In this document: positions 37,988 to 50,824 of the stretch, one piece after another
Layout: the number at the start of each line of letters is the position of its first letter
Position numbering within the stretch: position 1 is the stretch's first letter
Source of the DNA: Lama guanicoe
Lineage: Eukaryota
Direction of reading: 5' to 3'
Assembly: GCA_013239625.1 (NCBI GenBank)
Contig: MU053758.1
Coordinates: 558,001-622,000 of the forward strand
DNA length: 64,000 bases
The notes under the pieces: generated by a model
What the model saw: only the letters and a program-made list of their open reading frames with translations
What the model was told of the DNA's origin: nothing
Database searches by the model: none
Made by a program: the position numbers and the translations under genes

Positions 37988-38839
37988 TGTTTCCCCTATT
38001 CCATTGCCCTTCCACTTGTCTTTTCTCTGGTGGCCTGTCTCTCCCATCACTGGGCACACCCTAGACCATTTTTGTTAGATCTGGGGTACAGGGAAGGGAA
38101 AGCAGGATGCTCATCAGCAGCCACTCTCAGCCACCTAAGTCCCTGCCTGGTCAGCGGTGCTTGGGCCAGGGGACAGGCTTTCATGCCTGGGGGACTGAGA
38201 GGCCCTGAAACCCCACATGAGGCTGGGGCAGGGGAAAGGCTGAGCTGGACTCTACCGTGGCCTTCCACCAGCTGGTGAGAGAAGCCTCTGGAAACCTCTT
38301 CAGGGAAAGTAATTTGGGCCTAAGTCCTGAGTAGGAGGCTCCTGGCCTTTGGGAGTGGTACAGGCCTGCCCAACTCCGCTAGCTGTCCCCTGGTCCAAAT
38401 CCCAATTCAGCTCTGCCACCCACTAAGGCCAAACAAACAAACAAAAAATCAGCTCGATTTCAAAGGTTTCCTCTCACCCTCAGTCTTCTCTACACCTATT
38501 AAGAGCTTGCTCTCTCCAGGGGTCCAACTGACCTCCCCTCTTAACTAGGAGCTGGGGCCCATCCTAGAAAACCCCTGGTTCCCCCATCAGCTGGACTGGC
38601 CCAGGGCCAGGGCCCAATCCTCCTCTGTCCAAGTCAGCCTCCACCCTGAGCACAAGAGTCAAGTCTGGACACTTACCCGGTCAATCCCTTCCAGCTTGGG
38701 CCAACTTCTTACAGGACTTGGGGGGAGGGGGAACTGGTGAGGAGGCAGCCGAGGGTTGTGGAGGCTCTACTGGGCCCTCCTTCCCCCTCACCCCTTGACT
38801 TTGTCCCCCTTTGTCCATAGCAAACTATCCCAAAAGTCG

Positions 38840-39126
38840 CTATGACATTTAGATGTCAAATGGATAGGGGTTTTATCTTGAAGTTAGATCGTAAAAATCG
38901 CCGAGAAGTCAGACAGATACCCCTCACTGGCTCGAGAAAGTCACGTGAGGTCCATAAAGTTAGTTTTATGGTTTTGGGGAGTTGACACCGCGCGGTATAT
39001 TTCACATTCTCCAGAATGTTAAGTGACACTTTAACTGCTCGCCGTGGTGGGGAAGGGGGCAGAGGTAGGTGAGCGCTCTCCCAGCCCAGAAGGCGGTGGC
39101 GGCAGCCCAGGCCCAGCTCTCCCGCA
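38840..39126 (+). promoter_or_regulatory. Promoter-like element about 1 kb downstream of the HOXB5 poly(A) site (candidate start of a long HOXB3/pri-miR-10a transcript)
   Basis: Inverted MEIS sites TGACAT-TTAG-ATGTCA (38843-38858), GTCACGTG (E-box 38942-38947), CCATAAAGTTAGTTTTATGG, candidate donors at 39068/69 and 39126/27. Confidence 0.5.
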
Positions 39127-42100
39127 GTAAGTCGCTTCCAGTTTTCGCTTTTCTCCTCGCGATTGTGGGGCTGGGAATTGGGGGAAGGAAATCTTACCTC
39201 CAGCAGGGCTGTAGGGTGATAAGTGGGGCAAGTTGAGTCTGCTTTTTATACCAAGTTCTGACAAGTTGGGTGTCTGAAGTGGGGGCACTCAGTTCAGTTT
39301 GATAAGGCCTCTGAGGTCGGGGGTGCCTGGTTTTATCTGCAGGGGCGTCTGACTCTTTGTGGGGAAAAGGCTCGTGTGGGTTCCTTCAGTGACCTTGGAA
39401 ATTTAGGGGGCAAAAAGGAGGGGTGTGTATTGCTGAAAGGAGGGCCCCCGTGTGGGGGGCCACTTCACTACTAGATATCTTCAGACAGACATCTCTCCAT
39501 CCCCAGGAAAGAGACTTTATGACATTCATTAGTCAGGGTTGTGAGGGGGTGCGCTGCTGGGCACTTTTATCTGGATCCATCTGAGCTGAGAAAAAGCACC
39601 GGAAAGGCTAAGGCAGCTGCTGTGGGCTGCCTTGTGCTGGGGCACTCTCTGGCTTTCAGATCTTTGAACGCACGAAAAGGGGGTACACACCCTCTCTTCT
39701 CCATGACCTCATCAGGGATGTCCGGGACAGGGAGTGCAGCACCTTTGCACCCAACTTCGGCCTATTGATCCCAAGCCAACCTTCCGGCTTGGCTCTAAGT
39801 AGGGTCCTGAGGTTCAAGTGGGGAACAGACAGAGGGGGCATTTCCCTCAAATCCAAAACCTAATTCCGGGCCAGAAGCAGGCAGAAGGGGAGAGCTTCCT
39901 TTTTTGTCTTGAGGTGTTAGGTGCTTAAGTAGATCCCTGGCAAGCCCTCTAAAAATAAACGTGCTGAAGATCACAGACCCCAACTGATTGGAAAAAAAGG
40001 GGGGATTTAGGAGCTGGGAGAGAAAATGGGAAAGGTGCTCTCTTTCCTCTCTTCTCCTTTCTTCTTCTTCTCTCCCTTTCAGAGCCTAAAGGCCCCTTCG
40101 TTTTTGTGGCACCACAAACCAGAGGGATTACATTATTTGACCCCAGGAGGTCCGTTATTTTCTTAGGATAAGTCACCCTCCTTCTGAAAGCCAGAGGCAT
40201 CTTCCTCAGCAAATTGACCTCCCAATTTTAAGACATATGAGGGTCCACCATGCTATCATTCCTGCTTTTGCCAGCGCATCATCTCTAGAGTCAGCTCACC
40301 AACTCCCGTTGTCCCTGGAACTGGACATGTGGCACCTTAAGGGGCTTCTAATCTGTGGAACAAGGAGAGGGTCACAAGATGCCTTCTGTTTCATAGTAAA
40401 GAAAGTCTGTGCTCTCTCCTCATCTCCTCTCTGCTCCCTGAGCTCTCCAATCCCTGCCGGGATCTGACTTGTAGGAGACCCTTCACAGGCTTTGAGTGCA
40501 AAGAGGACAGAGAGCTTGGGGTCTTCACCTTGGTTTGAAGACACAACTCCCCAAGAATGATGGGACATTTGTATCCCTTGGGAAGGAGACTCTAGTCAGC
40601 TCCCAGAGGATGTCAAGCACCATTTAAAATATAATTCTAATCAATTTTGGAGGTACAACTTCCGCAGGTTTCTTCTCTGGACAAGGCAAATGGGTTGAAT
40701 GAGGTGCAAAGGAAGAGTGCAGTGGGGGCAGAATCTGACCTGGGGCCTCCAGGGAAACCCCAGTCCTGTTGTGCCCCTGGCCTCACTCTAATGCCGCCAC
40801 TCTCTCTGAGAAACCTCAGACCACCCCCACCCCCAGGCTTGCCCCTGAAGATTTTTTTGCCCCCCTCCCACATTAGTTCTGCAAAGTCTGATAAACAGTG
40901 TGTGGGGCCAGCAGCCCAGGGACATCTGCTGGGCATATCTAGACAGATTTTCCGGAATGGCAAAGAGCAGCCCCTGGCTTCCTCTGCAGAAACCACAATT
41001 CTTGGAAGGGTCTTCTCTGGCTCTTAGCAATCCTGCCTGGAGAAGATGCCGCCCTAGCTGGGCTTTCCTCTTCTCCACTTCGAGGTCTCTGGGCAATGTC
41101 TCCCCTGAACTGGAGCCAGGATGCAGTGGGGGAGGGGATGAGAGTTTCCAAATGGTTTCTGGTGCAAAGGAACCCTCTCTGCCCCAGACCGGCATCCTCT
41201 TCTCCTGTCTTCCCCAAGACAATCTGCAGGAAAGCTGCTCCTTTCTCTCCTTCCCCATCAGATTCCCCTTTCTGGCTGAGTCCAAGCCCCAGCCTTCCAA
41301 GGTGCAGGCCGGCCAAAGCCCTTACGCCCATCCCTCCAGACCCTTCACCTGGGGCAGGGCGCAGGAAGCCAGCAGCTAGAGGGTAAGGCTGCACTTTTTC
41401 CCTCTGAGGCCAGCTTGACCACCACTCAATGGACAATTTAATTTTGTTTGGTTTCGTTTGGTTATTTTTTGGTTTTGTTTTTTGTTTTGTTTCTCTGAGG
41501 CCGCCGGGTGGGAGGAAGTATAAAGAAGTGTAAACAGGAAAGCCAGCCAGGCCTGGAGTTCCAAGTGCCCATATTTCATCGGCTTCCTCTCCGTAACTGC
41601 AGCGAGGACACTTAACTCTTCCCTGGCCGTGAGACGTATTCACCGGGGTTAGGGGAGCAGAGTGTGGGGCAGGATCCAAGTGGAAGCTCCTCTCTCAGGC
41701 TGCTTCCCTGAAATCTGGATGCTGGGGTGGAAGCCAAGGATTCAGAGCAAGGGAGAGAACACACTGCTTAGCACTGAGTTATCCCCCAAACTCAGCTCCT
41801 GCCAGGACAGAGCAGAGAAGGCTGTAGCCTGTATGGGCTTCTCAATTTGGGGCCCAACCCCACCAACCAAGGAGGACAGGGCTAGCAAGAACCCCTCCCC
41901 TCTTTTAGGGGAGAGCCCACTGGTCACCATCTCCATATTCGGAGTTTCTCAGAGTAATCAGATTTTGAGGCTGGGATCTGCCCACAGCGGGATTTATCGA
42001 TTGCTGGAGCACTGTTTCCCATCCATATTAATTAACCCAGACACCGCCTGGAAACCAAGCTGTTTGGGGAGGGGGAGAGGAGAAATGGGGGCCCTTAAGG

Positions 42101-42691
42101 AGAATGGACATTCCTCCCTAAGAGGCGCCCCTGGGGCCCAGATTGGAGAATCTCTCCCCACAAGAAACATGTGTCTTCCCCAAGTTCCTTGTTCCTCAAC
42201 TTCTCAGCAAGGGTTAGCGTGACTTACTCTTCCACAGTCTGACTCCACACACGTCTTTAAACATCTCCCAGGCCCAACACTTCCTTGTCAGAGTGAGTTT
42301 GCCCCAGCACTCAGATGGATGGATCCTCTGCTGGTTGGATGTTCTCAGCAGGACCTTTCTAGAAGGGTTAATGCCTCCTCCCCACCTTCCTTTCAACTCC
42401 CCAAAGTAGAAACTTTTTATGGTTTTCCAGCTTGTTTTTGGTGTTTGTTGTTGGTGGTAGTGATAGCCTTTCCCTTCCTCCTGCCCCTCCCTCCAAAAAG
42501 TGATTAAAATCTGTTAAAGGATTTAATTAAGAGAGTTAAATGAAAAGGAAGGAGGCGCAAATGAGTTGGGGGGAAAAACCCACACGAAAGCTATTCTCAA
42601 CGATTAAATCGCCATTTTAACAATATAATGGAGTTTGCATCCTGAAAGGGGAAATCAACGCTCATATCTCATCAATAATTCATAGAGTCCG

Positions 42692-42708
42692 GGATCACGC
42701 AGAGGTCA
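42692..42708 (+). promoter_or_regulatory. DR5 retinoic-acid response element (DE-RARE type) between HOXB5 and HOXB4
   Basis: GGATCA-cgcag-AGGTCA at the end of an AT/TAAT-rich block (42500-42690) that also carries YY1-like CGCCATTTT at 42610-42618; position fits the Hoxb distal-element RARE. Confidence 0.85.
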
Positions 42709-45700
42709 GCAGACGGGGCCGGAGCTCCAGCCTACTTGGGGCTCTGAGCCTCCGCCTGCCGTATACATTAAGCGCCACCGACCACCGCTGCCACCTCTGC
42801 CTCCCTGCCCGGTGGGGGCAGGCCCACAGGTTTAAGCTGACTTTTCCTTCTTTTGTCGAATTTACTGAGACCCAAATTTTGGGCTCCAAAAGGAAGTAGA
42901 GGATTTAGGAGGCAGGAGAGAACTGGACTTCCCGGCAATCCTGGACCTGTCGGACCCTGAATAGCAACACTTCCTAAGTTTTAATCCTTTTCTCTCTCCC
43001 TTCTTTCTCCTATGTTTTTATGCGCTGTCTACCCTGTCTATTCTCTCCCTAAATCTCCTCTTGGAGAGGAAAATGTGCTCTCTGCAGCATCCCTTAGCTT
43101 CTCCTCCCTGGAAACATCTCCCAGGCAGCATGGCCATGCTCTGGCCTTGCTCTCTGAGTGGATTCGGGCTAAGCCCCCAGAGCTGTGGCCTCTGAGCGAG
43201 GCAACTGGCTTTGGTTGTCACAATCCCTTGCTTCGGAGCACTGCGGAGTAGGGATGAGTGTGTCGCAGGCGCCCGTCCCGCTTGCCTAGCTAGGAGATGA
43301 CCCAGACCAGGTGGGAAGGAGAGGACTCAGCCTGAAAAGAAGCTTTTAGGGGAGCAGAAGAGGGAAAGTCTCAGCATGTGGAAGTGTCTCCTCTTTGGGG
43401 CTTGGAGGCATGATGGAGTACATTTCTTGTTCTAGTCTCCCCTTCTCTCTAGTATGTCTCTCTAACTCACTCTCTTTTCTGTCTTCTGACCCCTAAGCGA
43501 CCGTAGAGCAGGAGAAACGAAATCCTTCCCTGTGAGAGGTGGGGGCCTGGGAGGCTGTATTTGGGAGCAAGGGAAACCAAAAGAGCGCTGGTTGCCCCGC
43601 GGCCGCTGTGCTGGCCGAGAGGCAGAGGCTGTAACGTCCCCGAGCTGCCAGTAGAGTCCGCCTTAGACCAAGTTCACAGCCAGGCTGGAGCCTCCGAGGC
43701 GCCAGCGAGCGGCGGCGCAAGGTGGCCCCGGGACGGCTGGGCCTCGCATAGCCTGGATACTGAGCTCTCTCTCCAGCCTTTTGGCGCCTGTGGCCCCCTC
43801 CGCTCTCAAGGAACACTTGCTCCAAGCTCTCTCCACTCTTCACCCCAGAAACACCCTTGTCCGGGTCAGCCCATTCTATGGCTTCCCATATGTTCTCTCG
43901 CCCAGCAACCGCGGCCCCACTCTTGGGGACAAGAATGGAGAGGGGTGCGTCATCAAAAGCTCTTCCAAGCAACCTAACAGGAGAGACCGGTGGAAATGCG
44001 GGAAGTGGTTTTTAAAAAGCCGGAAATGGAGTCAGCATCTTTTTCCGAGGAGGAGTTATTTCATAATAATAATAATAAAAAAACCTACTGCTCTTCTCAA
44101 GGTCTAAGGCCCTTGTGGGGGGCGGGGGCGAGGGGGAGAGNNNNNNNNNNNNNNNNNNNNNNNNNNNNNNNNNNNNNNNNNNNNNNNNNNNNNNNNNNNN
44201 NNNNNNNNNNNNNNNNNNNNNNNNNNNNNNNNNNNNNNNNNNNNNNNNNNNNNGGGGGCGGGGTGGGAGAGGGAGGGGAGGAGGCAGTGTGTGTGTGTGT
44301 GTGTGTGTGAAGAGAGAAGAGAGCGAGCAAGGGATGCTCGAGGTAAGGAAGACTTGTGGGCTCGGGCAGTGGGGGAGCGGAACCGGGGAGCGGGAGAGGC
44401 TGATATCTGGGGAAGGAGAAACTGAGAGAGGAAGAAACCTTCCTCCCCAAACCGGCTCTGGTGGGGTGGGGATCGGCACAAAAGGAAGCGCTCTGGGCAT
44501 GGTCAAACCTCTGCGCAATTTTCTCTCCCAAAGATAACCTTTGAGTCACCATATAAAATTTAATTAAAACCTACCCAGCCGCACGCATTTAAAAAATCCA
44601 ATTACCCACACGTCCTTGCAGGACGTTTGGTGGGGCCAAAGAAGTCTTCCAAGGTGAAGACCTGATTCCAACCAACATCAGCTCCACCAGGCTTCCCCTA
44701 AAGGGGCCAAACAGCTGACTTCCCCAACTCCCCCTCCCTCAGACAGGCCTGTTTTTCAGCGATTCCTAACCCCCAGGCTGTGTCCAGGCAGCTGGAGCCC
44801 ATGACCGTGGGCCAGGACTGGAAGGAGTTTAAAAACTCCCATCCCTCTTTCCAAATTGCTTGGGTTTAAGAATTTGGATATCGAAAGGTTAGCTTAATTC
44901 TCTCACTGTCTCCCCAACCTACATTTGTATGTTCATCCAGATTCCCTCTCTTCCTATTTCAAGGAGGGAGAGGAAATCAGAAGGAAAAACACTGAATGGC
45001 CTCACAGAGATCTTTGTAATTGGAATTGAAACAGGCGACCTGAAATGAACCTTGAATCCATGCATTAAGCTTAGCTCATAAGTAAAATGCTTAGAGAGAC
45101 TCTGTAATTATAAAACCAGTGCATATGCTTATTTTGGGGCTTTAAATGACTGTTTGCTGCATTATGAGATGTCATCATATTCTCTTCTAAGCATTTAATA
45201 TAGGAGGTACACTCTGGGTGTTTGTCCTTCCAGGATAAAGATAACCTGAGTTTTCATAAAGATGTCTTTTGAAATATGGCCAGAAGACACACGGTTTAAT
45301 GTCAAATTTCAAATTAATTTGACCCCCGTCTTCATCTAAAACAACTAGAGTTCTCATTTCTATTCAGTTGGCAAATTCTTCTGGGGAGTCAGGCCAGTAA
45401 GGAATTCCTGGGGTCCAGAGGAGGTAGAGGTCAAAGCCTAAACCAGAGAATCTATCTCTTTCTGTTCCTACTCAGTCTCTTTTTCCTACATTCCAGGACA
45501 GAATATTAGTAAATTAATGGTTCTGTGGGATAGACTGGAGCAGCCCAAGGTCCTGGGCTGGAGGGGCCTCAGAATGAGGAAAGGGAGTCCTCTGCCAGCC
45601 CAGGCCAAGCTGGGTGCCTTGAGATGCTGTCTCAGACTTGCCGGTGCTAGAGGGATACCCCCTAGCAGACACTACCTAGATCTGAACTGGGTGGAAGGGG

Positions 45701-46611
45701 AGTCACCTGACCTAATTCTTCTGGTTCCTTGGAGGCTGGAGAAAAGGGGAAATGTGTTTTTGGCAGTCCACCCATTTCTAATCCTGGAGGGACAAACCAA
45801 AGAAAATCTCTTAAGTATTTTTAACACCTTTTTGGTTTGCTTCTGAACTTCCTTGTGGTGGTGCTGGGGTAAGCAAAGGAGTTACTGTACAGATGAAAAG
45901 TCGTTTTAAGCAAAAATGGAGGTGGGGAGGATGTTGTTTGATTTTTAAAGGAGAATTAAAACCTCTGAAAGCCAAGTCCCCAGCTTTGACGAGTGCAGTT
46001 CAGTCCCTCTCTCAGGATTCTCTCTGTCTTCCCCAAATCTGCTGGCCAAATCTCAGTGCCAGGAGGTGAAGCGGTCATTCCTGGGGCCCTGAAGCCTCCA
46101 AAGTTTTGGCAGAAAGGGGTGTTTCTCTGACATTGGAGGAGGGAATAAAGCAGATGGGGTGGACAGTGTGGGTGGGAATACTGGCTCTGCCAGTGCAGCC
46201 ATTTATAGGGGAGGCAGGAGGGAAGGGGGCTCTGGTTCAGGCCTGCTCACTGGAACCCAGATCCCCACATTTCCACTTCTTCAGGTGCCAGCCATAAAGG
46301 GAACTCTTTGATGTCCTACCCTCTCCCTCTTTGCCCGGGCACCGGAGCTGACAAAAAATATAGGAATGATGGCGTATCAAAGCGGAGGCGGGGCCGGGCT
46401 GAGTCCTATCCGAATGGGACTATTAGGGTCTGGGGGTTGGGTGAAGGGAAAGAGAAGGTTCTGGCAAAAAGTAGAGCTGGAGAGGATGAGCTGAATCAAA
46501 TTCCTTACTCTGTCATTTTTTCTCCCAATGACCTGCGCAAAATTCAATATGACCGAACGGACTGCGCGAGCATATTATAGTAACTGCCTGCTCGTGGGGG
46601 AGGCCCGAGAA

Positions 46612-46628
46612 GGGTGAACCGCAGGTCA
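46612..46628 (+). promoter_or_regulatory. DR5 RARE upstream of HOXB4 (B4U type)
   Basis: GGGTGA-accgc-AGGTCA about 4.2 kb upstream of the HOXB4 ATG, at the edge of a CpG-rich block. Confidence 0.8.
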
Positions 46629-47771
46629 CGGCGTCTAAAAATTATTAAAATGTTCGAGAGCTTCGTGACGTGTCTAGCTGTTTAACAAAGACTGCCAAAG
46701 TATGAGATTAATTCGAAAACTTGCTCTTCACAAACAAAAACCCAAAAAAAGTCTTGCTCCGGCCACCAAGGGGGCTTGCAGCTCCTCTGCCCGCCGCCGC
46801 GGTTCGGTTTTCCGGATGCACAATAGTGGACCAGGGCGAGCTCGGCGGCGGCCGGGCGAGGACTCCTTCCCGCTCCCCTCCCGGCCTTCGGCTCCTCCCC
46901 GGCGGCCGGTGTGGCCCGGCCCGGGGCTCTCCTCCTCGGCCCTGGCCCTGCGGTTTCCCTCCGTCCTCTCCGACGAAAGGTAGCCGAGGCCGCGCAGGCT
47001 GGGCAAGCCCGGGACGGCGAAGGGGGCTGAACAGCGAGCGGTCACTCCAGCAACCTGTGGCTGCCGGAGAAGGCGGCGGCGGGCCAGCGAGCCACCCAGA
47101 GCGCCGGGGAGGTGGCTCTGTAGGCGCGCGCCGAGCCTTGGCTCTTTTTTATTTTTACTCTCATGCGTATGATGATAGTATTCTCCGGAGGTGAAGGGGA
47201 GAGGCGGCTTCTTGCTCTGGTGGACCCCGTCTCTCGGGAGTCGCTGATAAACCTTGTCCACCCATTTCGGAGGGACGGGCTGGGGTGGGGGGTGCAGCGC
47301 CTCGGTAGGATGGGCAGGTGGCGGCTCCCAGCGCGCAAAAGAGAAAATCTCCGCTTTCAGTCATACCCAGCCCCCTCTCCAGGCTCTGCCTCCCATCCCT
47401 CTCACTTGGGAGTGATGGGGCACCTAGGCTGCATCTCTGGTGAAGTGTAGAGCAGTAGAGAGGCCCGGTGGCCAGCCCAGCTGCCCTCCTCAAATTCCGA
47501 AAAGCCGATGAGTTGGACGGGTTTCTGGGAGCAGAGGAGTTGAGAAGGATAGGAGATATGGGGTAGGTGGGGAGGAGCCTCGCCAGTTGGAAAGGGTCAT
47601 GGAGCCGCTCATAAAGTGGCCTTTGACAAGACTTGGAAGGCCCTACTTGAGGCTGGGGTCTGATGGGGGTCCGACCCACACATTTGGTCTGTGGGTCCAG
47701 GGCCAGGTGCCAGTCTCCCTGAGTGACCGAATAGGGGTCTCTTGGCAAAGATAACTATGGTATTATAGTCT

Positions 47772-47774
<3 letters not shown>

Positions 47775-47814
<40 letters not shown>
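47775..47814 (+). repeat. (TG)20 microsatellite
   Basis: Direct read. Confidence 0.95.
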
Positions 47815-47816
<2 letters not shown>

Positions 47817-49210
47817 TGAGAGAGATTTAAAAAATATTTCTGAGTCCAGCCTGGTTTGGTGTTAGAAATCAGGCCTGGAGGCCAACATTGGCTTCCAACA
47901 ATCTAGTTTTGGGATAGAAAATTAGAAGGTGTCTGGATTTAGTTGCTGGCAGGTGGAAGCTCTCCTCCTACCCACCTGCAAGGGTCCCAGTACTGGGGAC
48001 AGGCAGAGACCTTTGGAGTATGGTGGCTAGAGGGTTGTGTTTTGTATTGTTGATGTGTTTGTTAAAGAAATTGATATTATTCTGACTTGTTCCCTAGGGA
48101 TGCAAGTATTTCTCAGATCTAAAGAGGTGAGTGGGGAATCTGGGTGGTGAAAAGTCTCCCCTCACCTTGTGAAGGCCCTCAGCTTTCAGTCTAGGACTCA
48201 CTTCCCTCCAACTCAATCCCCAGTTTCCCAGCTTAGTAAATTCAGTGGTTACTGGGAGCCTCAGGATGTTCCTTCGACAAACCCAAACGTCCCAGGTTTC
48301 CCAGATCCCCATTTTGGTCCCACTGCCAGCAACCCTAGCAGGTGGCTGGGTGAGCAAGTTTAGACAGAGCCAGCCTGGAGCTACGGGTGGGGGGAAATGG
48401 GGTTCGTCCTCACACTTTGGCTATCATCCCCCTTTTCTGGTCCCAGGAGGTATTGGGGGTTGGGAGGGGCTAGACTGTCATCTGGCTGCATCTTTTATGG
48501 TTCCTCATCGCCCTTCATTCGGAAATGAAACGCCTTTGATCTTTTTCTCAGGTTGTAAACGGAATTGCCCGTCATTAAATATCCGGGGCCCCATCTGCTT
48601 GGTCTCCTAGCATTTTTCTTTACAGCTGTTTCTCTCTCTTTTTACCATTGAATTTTTCCAAAAGGACTTTTATGACACCCCCTTCACACCCAGCCACCTC
48701 TCTCTCTTCCCTTTGCTGAGAGGCGCCTTGAAAAATATCTAGATATTCGTTTGATCGCAAACTAAAGGCTTCGAGAGGCGCGGAGTTACCGATTGGGGTT
48801 TTGTTTTTCTTAAAAAAAAAAAAAAGTAAAAGTCCTGGGGGGAGGGGAGGGGCGCGAGGGCACCCAGAAGGGCCTGGTTCTGACTACACCGCCCCTCTGC
48901 AGCCTCAGGATGACCCTTCCTCCTTTTGTGCTTAGCTAATGTTTACATCTCATAATTCATGCGCCGCGGAGAGTTGCGCAGCGGCCCGAGGTTCGCGTCC
49001 CCTTCGCGGGACCGGCTGCTTCTATCTCTCTCTAATAGAAGAGAAAGAGGGTTGAAAACATCGTAATCCCAAGAATGGACCCGCAGTGCCTTTTCCTGCT
49101 CCCAGAGCTCAAAACTAGAACAAAACGAAATAAAATCAAAGCACTCAAACCACATCCCAAACGAAGAACGCTCGGAAAGTAGGAGGACTGGAAAATTTCT
49201 GGGCCAAGAA

Positions 49211-49320
49211 GATCTATCTGTCTTCTGTATATACCCTGTAGATCCGAATTTGTGTAAGGAATTTTGTGGTCACAAATTCGTATCTAGGGGAATATGTAGT
49301 TGACATAAACACTCCGCTCA
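49211..49320 (+). ncRNA. MIR10A: microRNA mir-10a hairpin (5p 49232-49254, 3p 49273-49294)
   Basis: TACCCTGTAGATCCGAATTTGTG (miR-10a-5p) pairs with CAAATTCGTATCTAGGGGAATA (3p); canonical position between Hox5 and Hox4. Confidence 0.98.
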
Positions 49321-50679
49321 TTTTTTTCCTCGAAGAAAAAAAATTTTTTTCTAAATGAGGACCATCCAGTGACTGACCACACGAAGACTCCTTCCTTTTT
49401 CTTTCTTCCTCTTTCTTTTCCTCCCTCAACTGGTTAGAGAAGAAGGAATCATCTACCCGAAATCTTCCCATGCCTGCCCTTGGCAGCCTTGGTCTCTTTT
49501 CACTTCTCTTAAAAGGTTAATGTTGTTGCTGATGGTTTTTATTTTATTCTCTCCCTCCAACCCACCTATTCCCTATTTGGGGCTCAGGGAGACTTCACTG
49601 AAAATCCGGTAAAAATGACGGTTGTCTTCAGCGTGTGCAAGCAAAGGAAATTCGCTTTTCAAACGGATGCCGAGGTCGCCTTTCCGTTTGGGTTCAGAAC
49701 AAGATGCCCTGGAAATATGCTATTATCAAGGGGTGTTATTGTGTGGGGGTCACCCCTCCATCCTATTCCCCAGCATCACAAGGATGTGAGATTTCTGCCC
49801 GCTCGGGAGGCGGCTGCATTAGCGGCAATTAGAACGACCTGATGCCGTGGTTAGCGTTGCTCCAGCGGTTCTGGAATTAGCAAACTGCTATTCAGTGTGC
49901 TCTCAAAAGTTGGAGGTTTTTCACTCCAGCGCTCATGTTCAGTGTGGGGAACCAAGTCGTTTCTCCTGGCTTGGGCCGCGTGGGGTAAGGGGAGGAGTGG
50001 ATAGGCGAGGGGAACAGACGAACTGACCGACACAGTCAAACTAATAACGCAGCTAAATGCGATTTGGAAGGCGAGGTCTCCCCGAATTAGTGCATGAATT
50101 TCCTATCGATCCGCCCGCGGTTCCATTCATCTCTGACAAGTCCCTCTGTGCACCCGCCTGCTTGCTCCGACGCCTCCTCTCTCACTCCCTACCCCTCCCC
50201 GTTCGGCTGCAGAGAAAAGCCCCACGCTTAGTGCCTCTCCCCCGTGTGGGTTCCCCTCTCCAGGCAGAGCCCCTAGTCTATCCCTCACTTAACTCCCTGC
50301 ACAGACGCCGGGTGCAGGGTCTCCCTTCCGTCGTGAGGAGGGCCTGGGGGCCTAAGGAAGGCAGGGAATGCCCAGTGGAGGGGAGACAGGACAGGAGGGG
50401 CCACATCCGGAGCCCCAACTTCTGAGGGGATCCAGGGATGGCGCTCTGCCCAACACCCCAACAGGCCCTAGTGTGGCAACCTGCTTGGTCGCTATCCCTC
50501 TCTCTCACTCCCTCCCTTTTCCCCCGAACCGGGAGAGCGAGGCGAGGAGGCGGTCGCCCCGCAGGAGCCCTATGTAAATCCTGGTGTTGGGTGGGTGGGG
50601 AGGGGGAAGAGAAGGGGAAATAAACCTCTTTGGCTGGAGTAGGGTCCGGGTGAGCAGATTTCCTTATCCGGGAATCGCA

Positions 50680-50824
50680 GGCGGGGCGGCCATTGGCTCC
50701 AAAGATCACGTGGGCCCCTAACTTTGTTCACTTGACAGTAAGTAGGAGGGCTTTCGGAAACAGGAAAACGAGTCAGGGGTCGGAATAAATTTTAGTATAT
50801 TTTGTGGGCAATTCCCAGAAATTA
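50680..50824 (+). promoter_or_regulatory. HOXB4 proximal promoter
   Basis: GC box, GCCATTGG (50689-50696), CACGTG (50707-50712), TTGACAG. Confidence 0.7.

Noticed and set aside
40637..42222. Several 120-246 aa ORFs between HOXB5 and HOXB4
   Set aside because: No recognisable domain or exon structure, many start at non-ATG codons, and they overlap inconsistently on both strands
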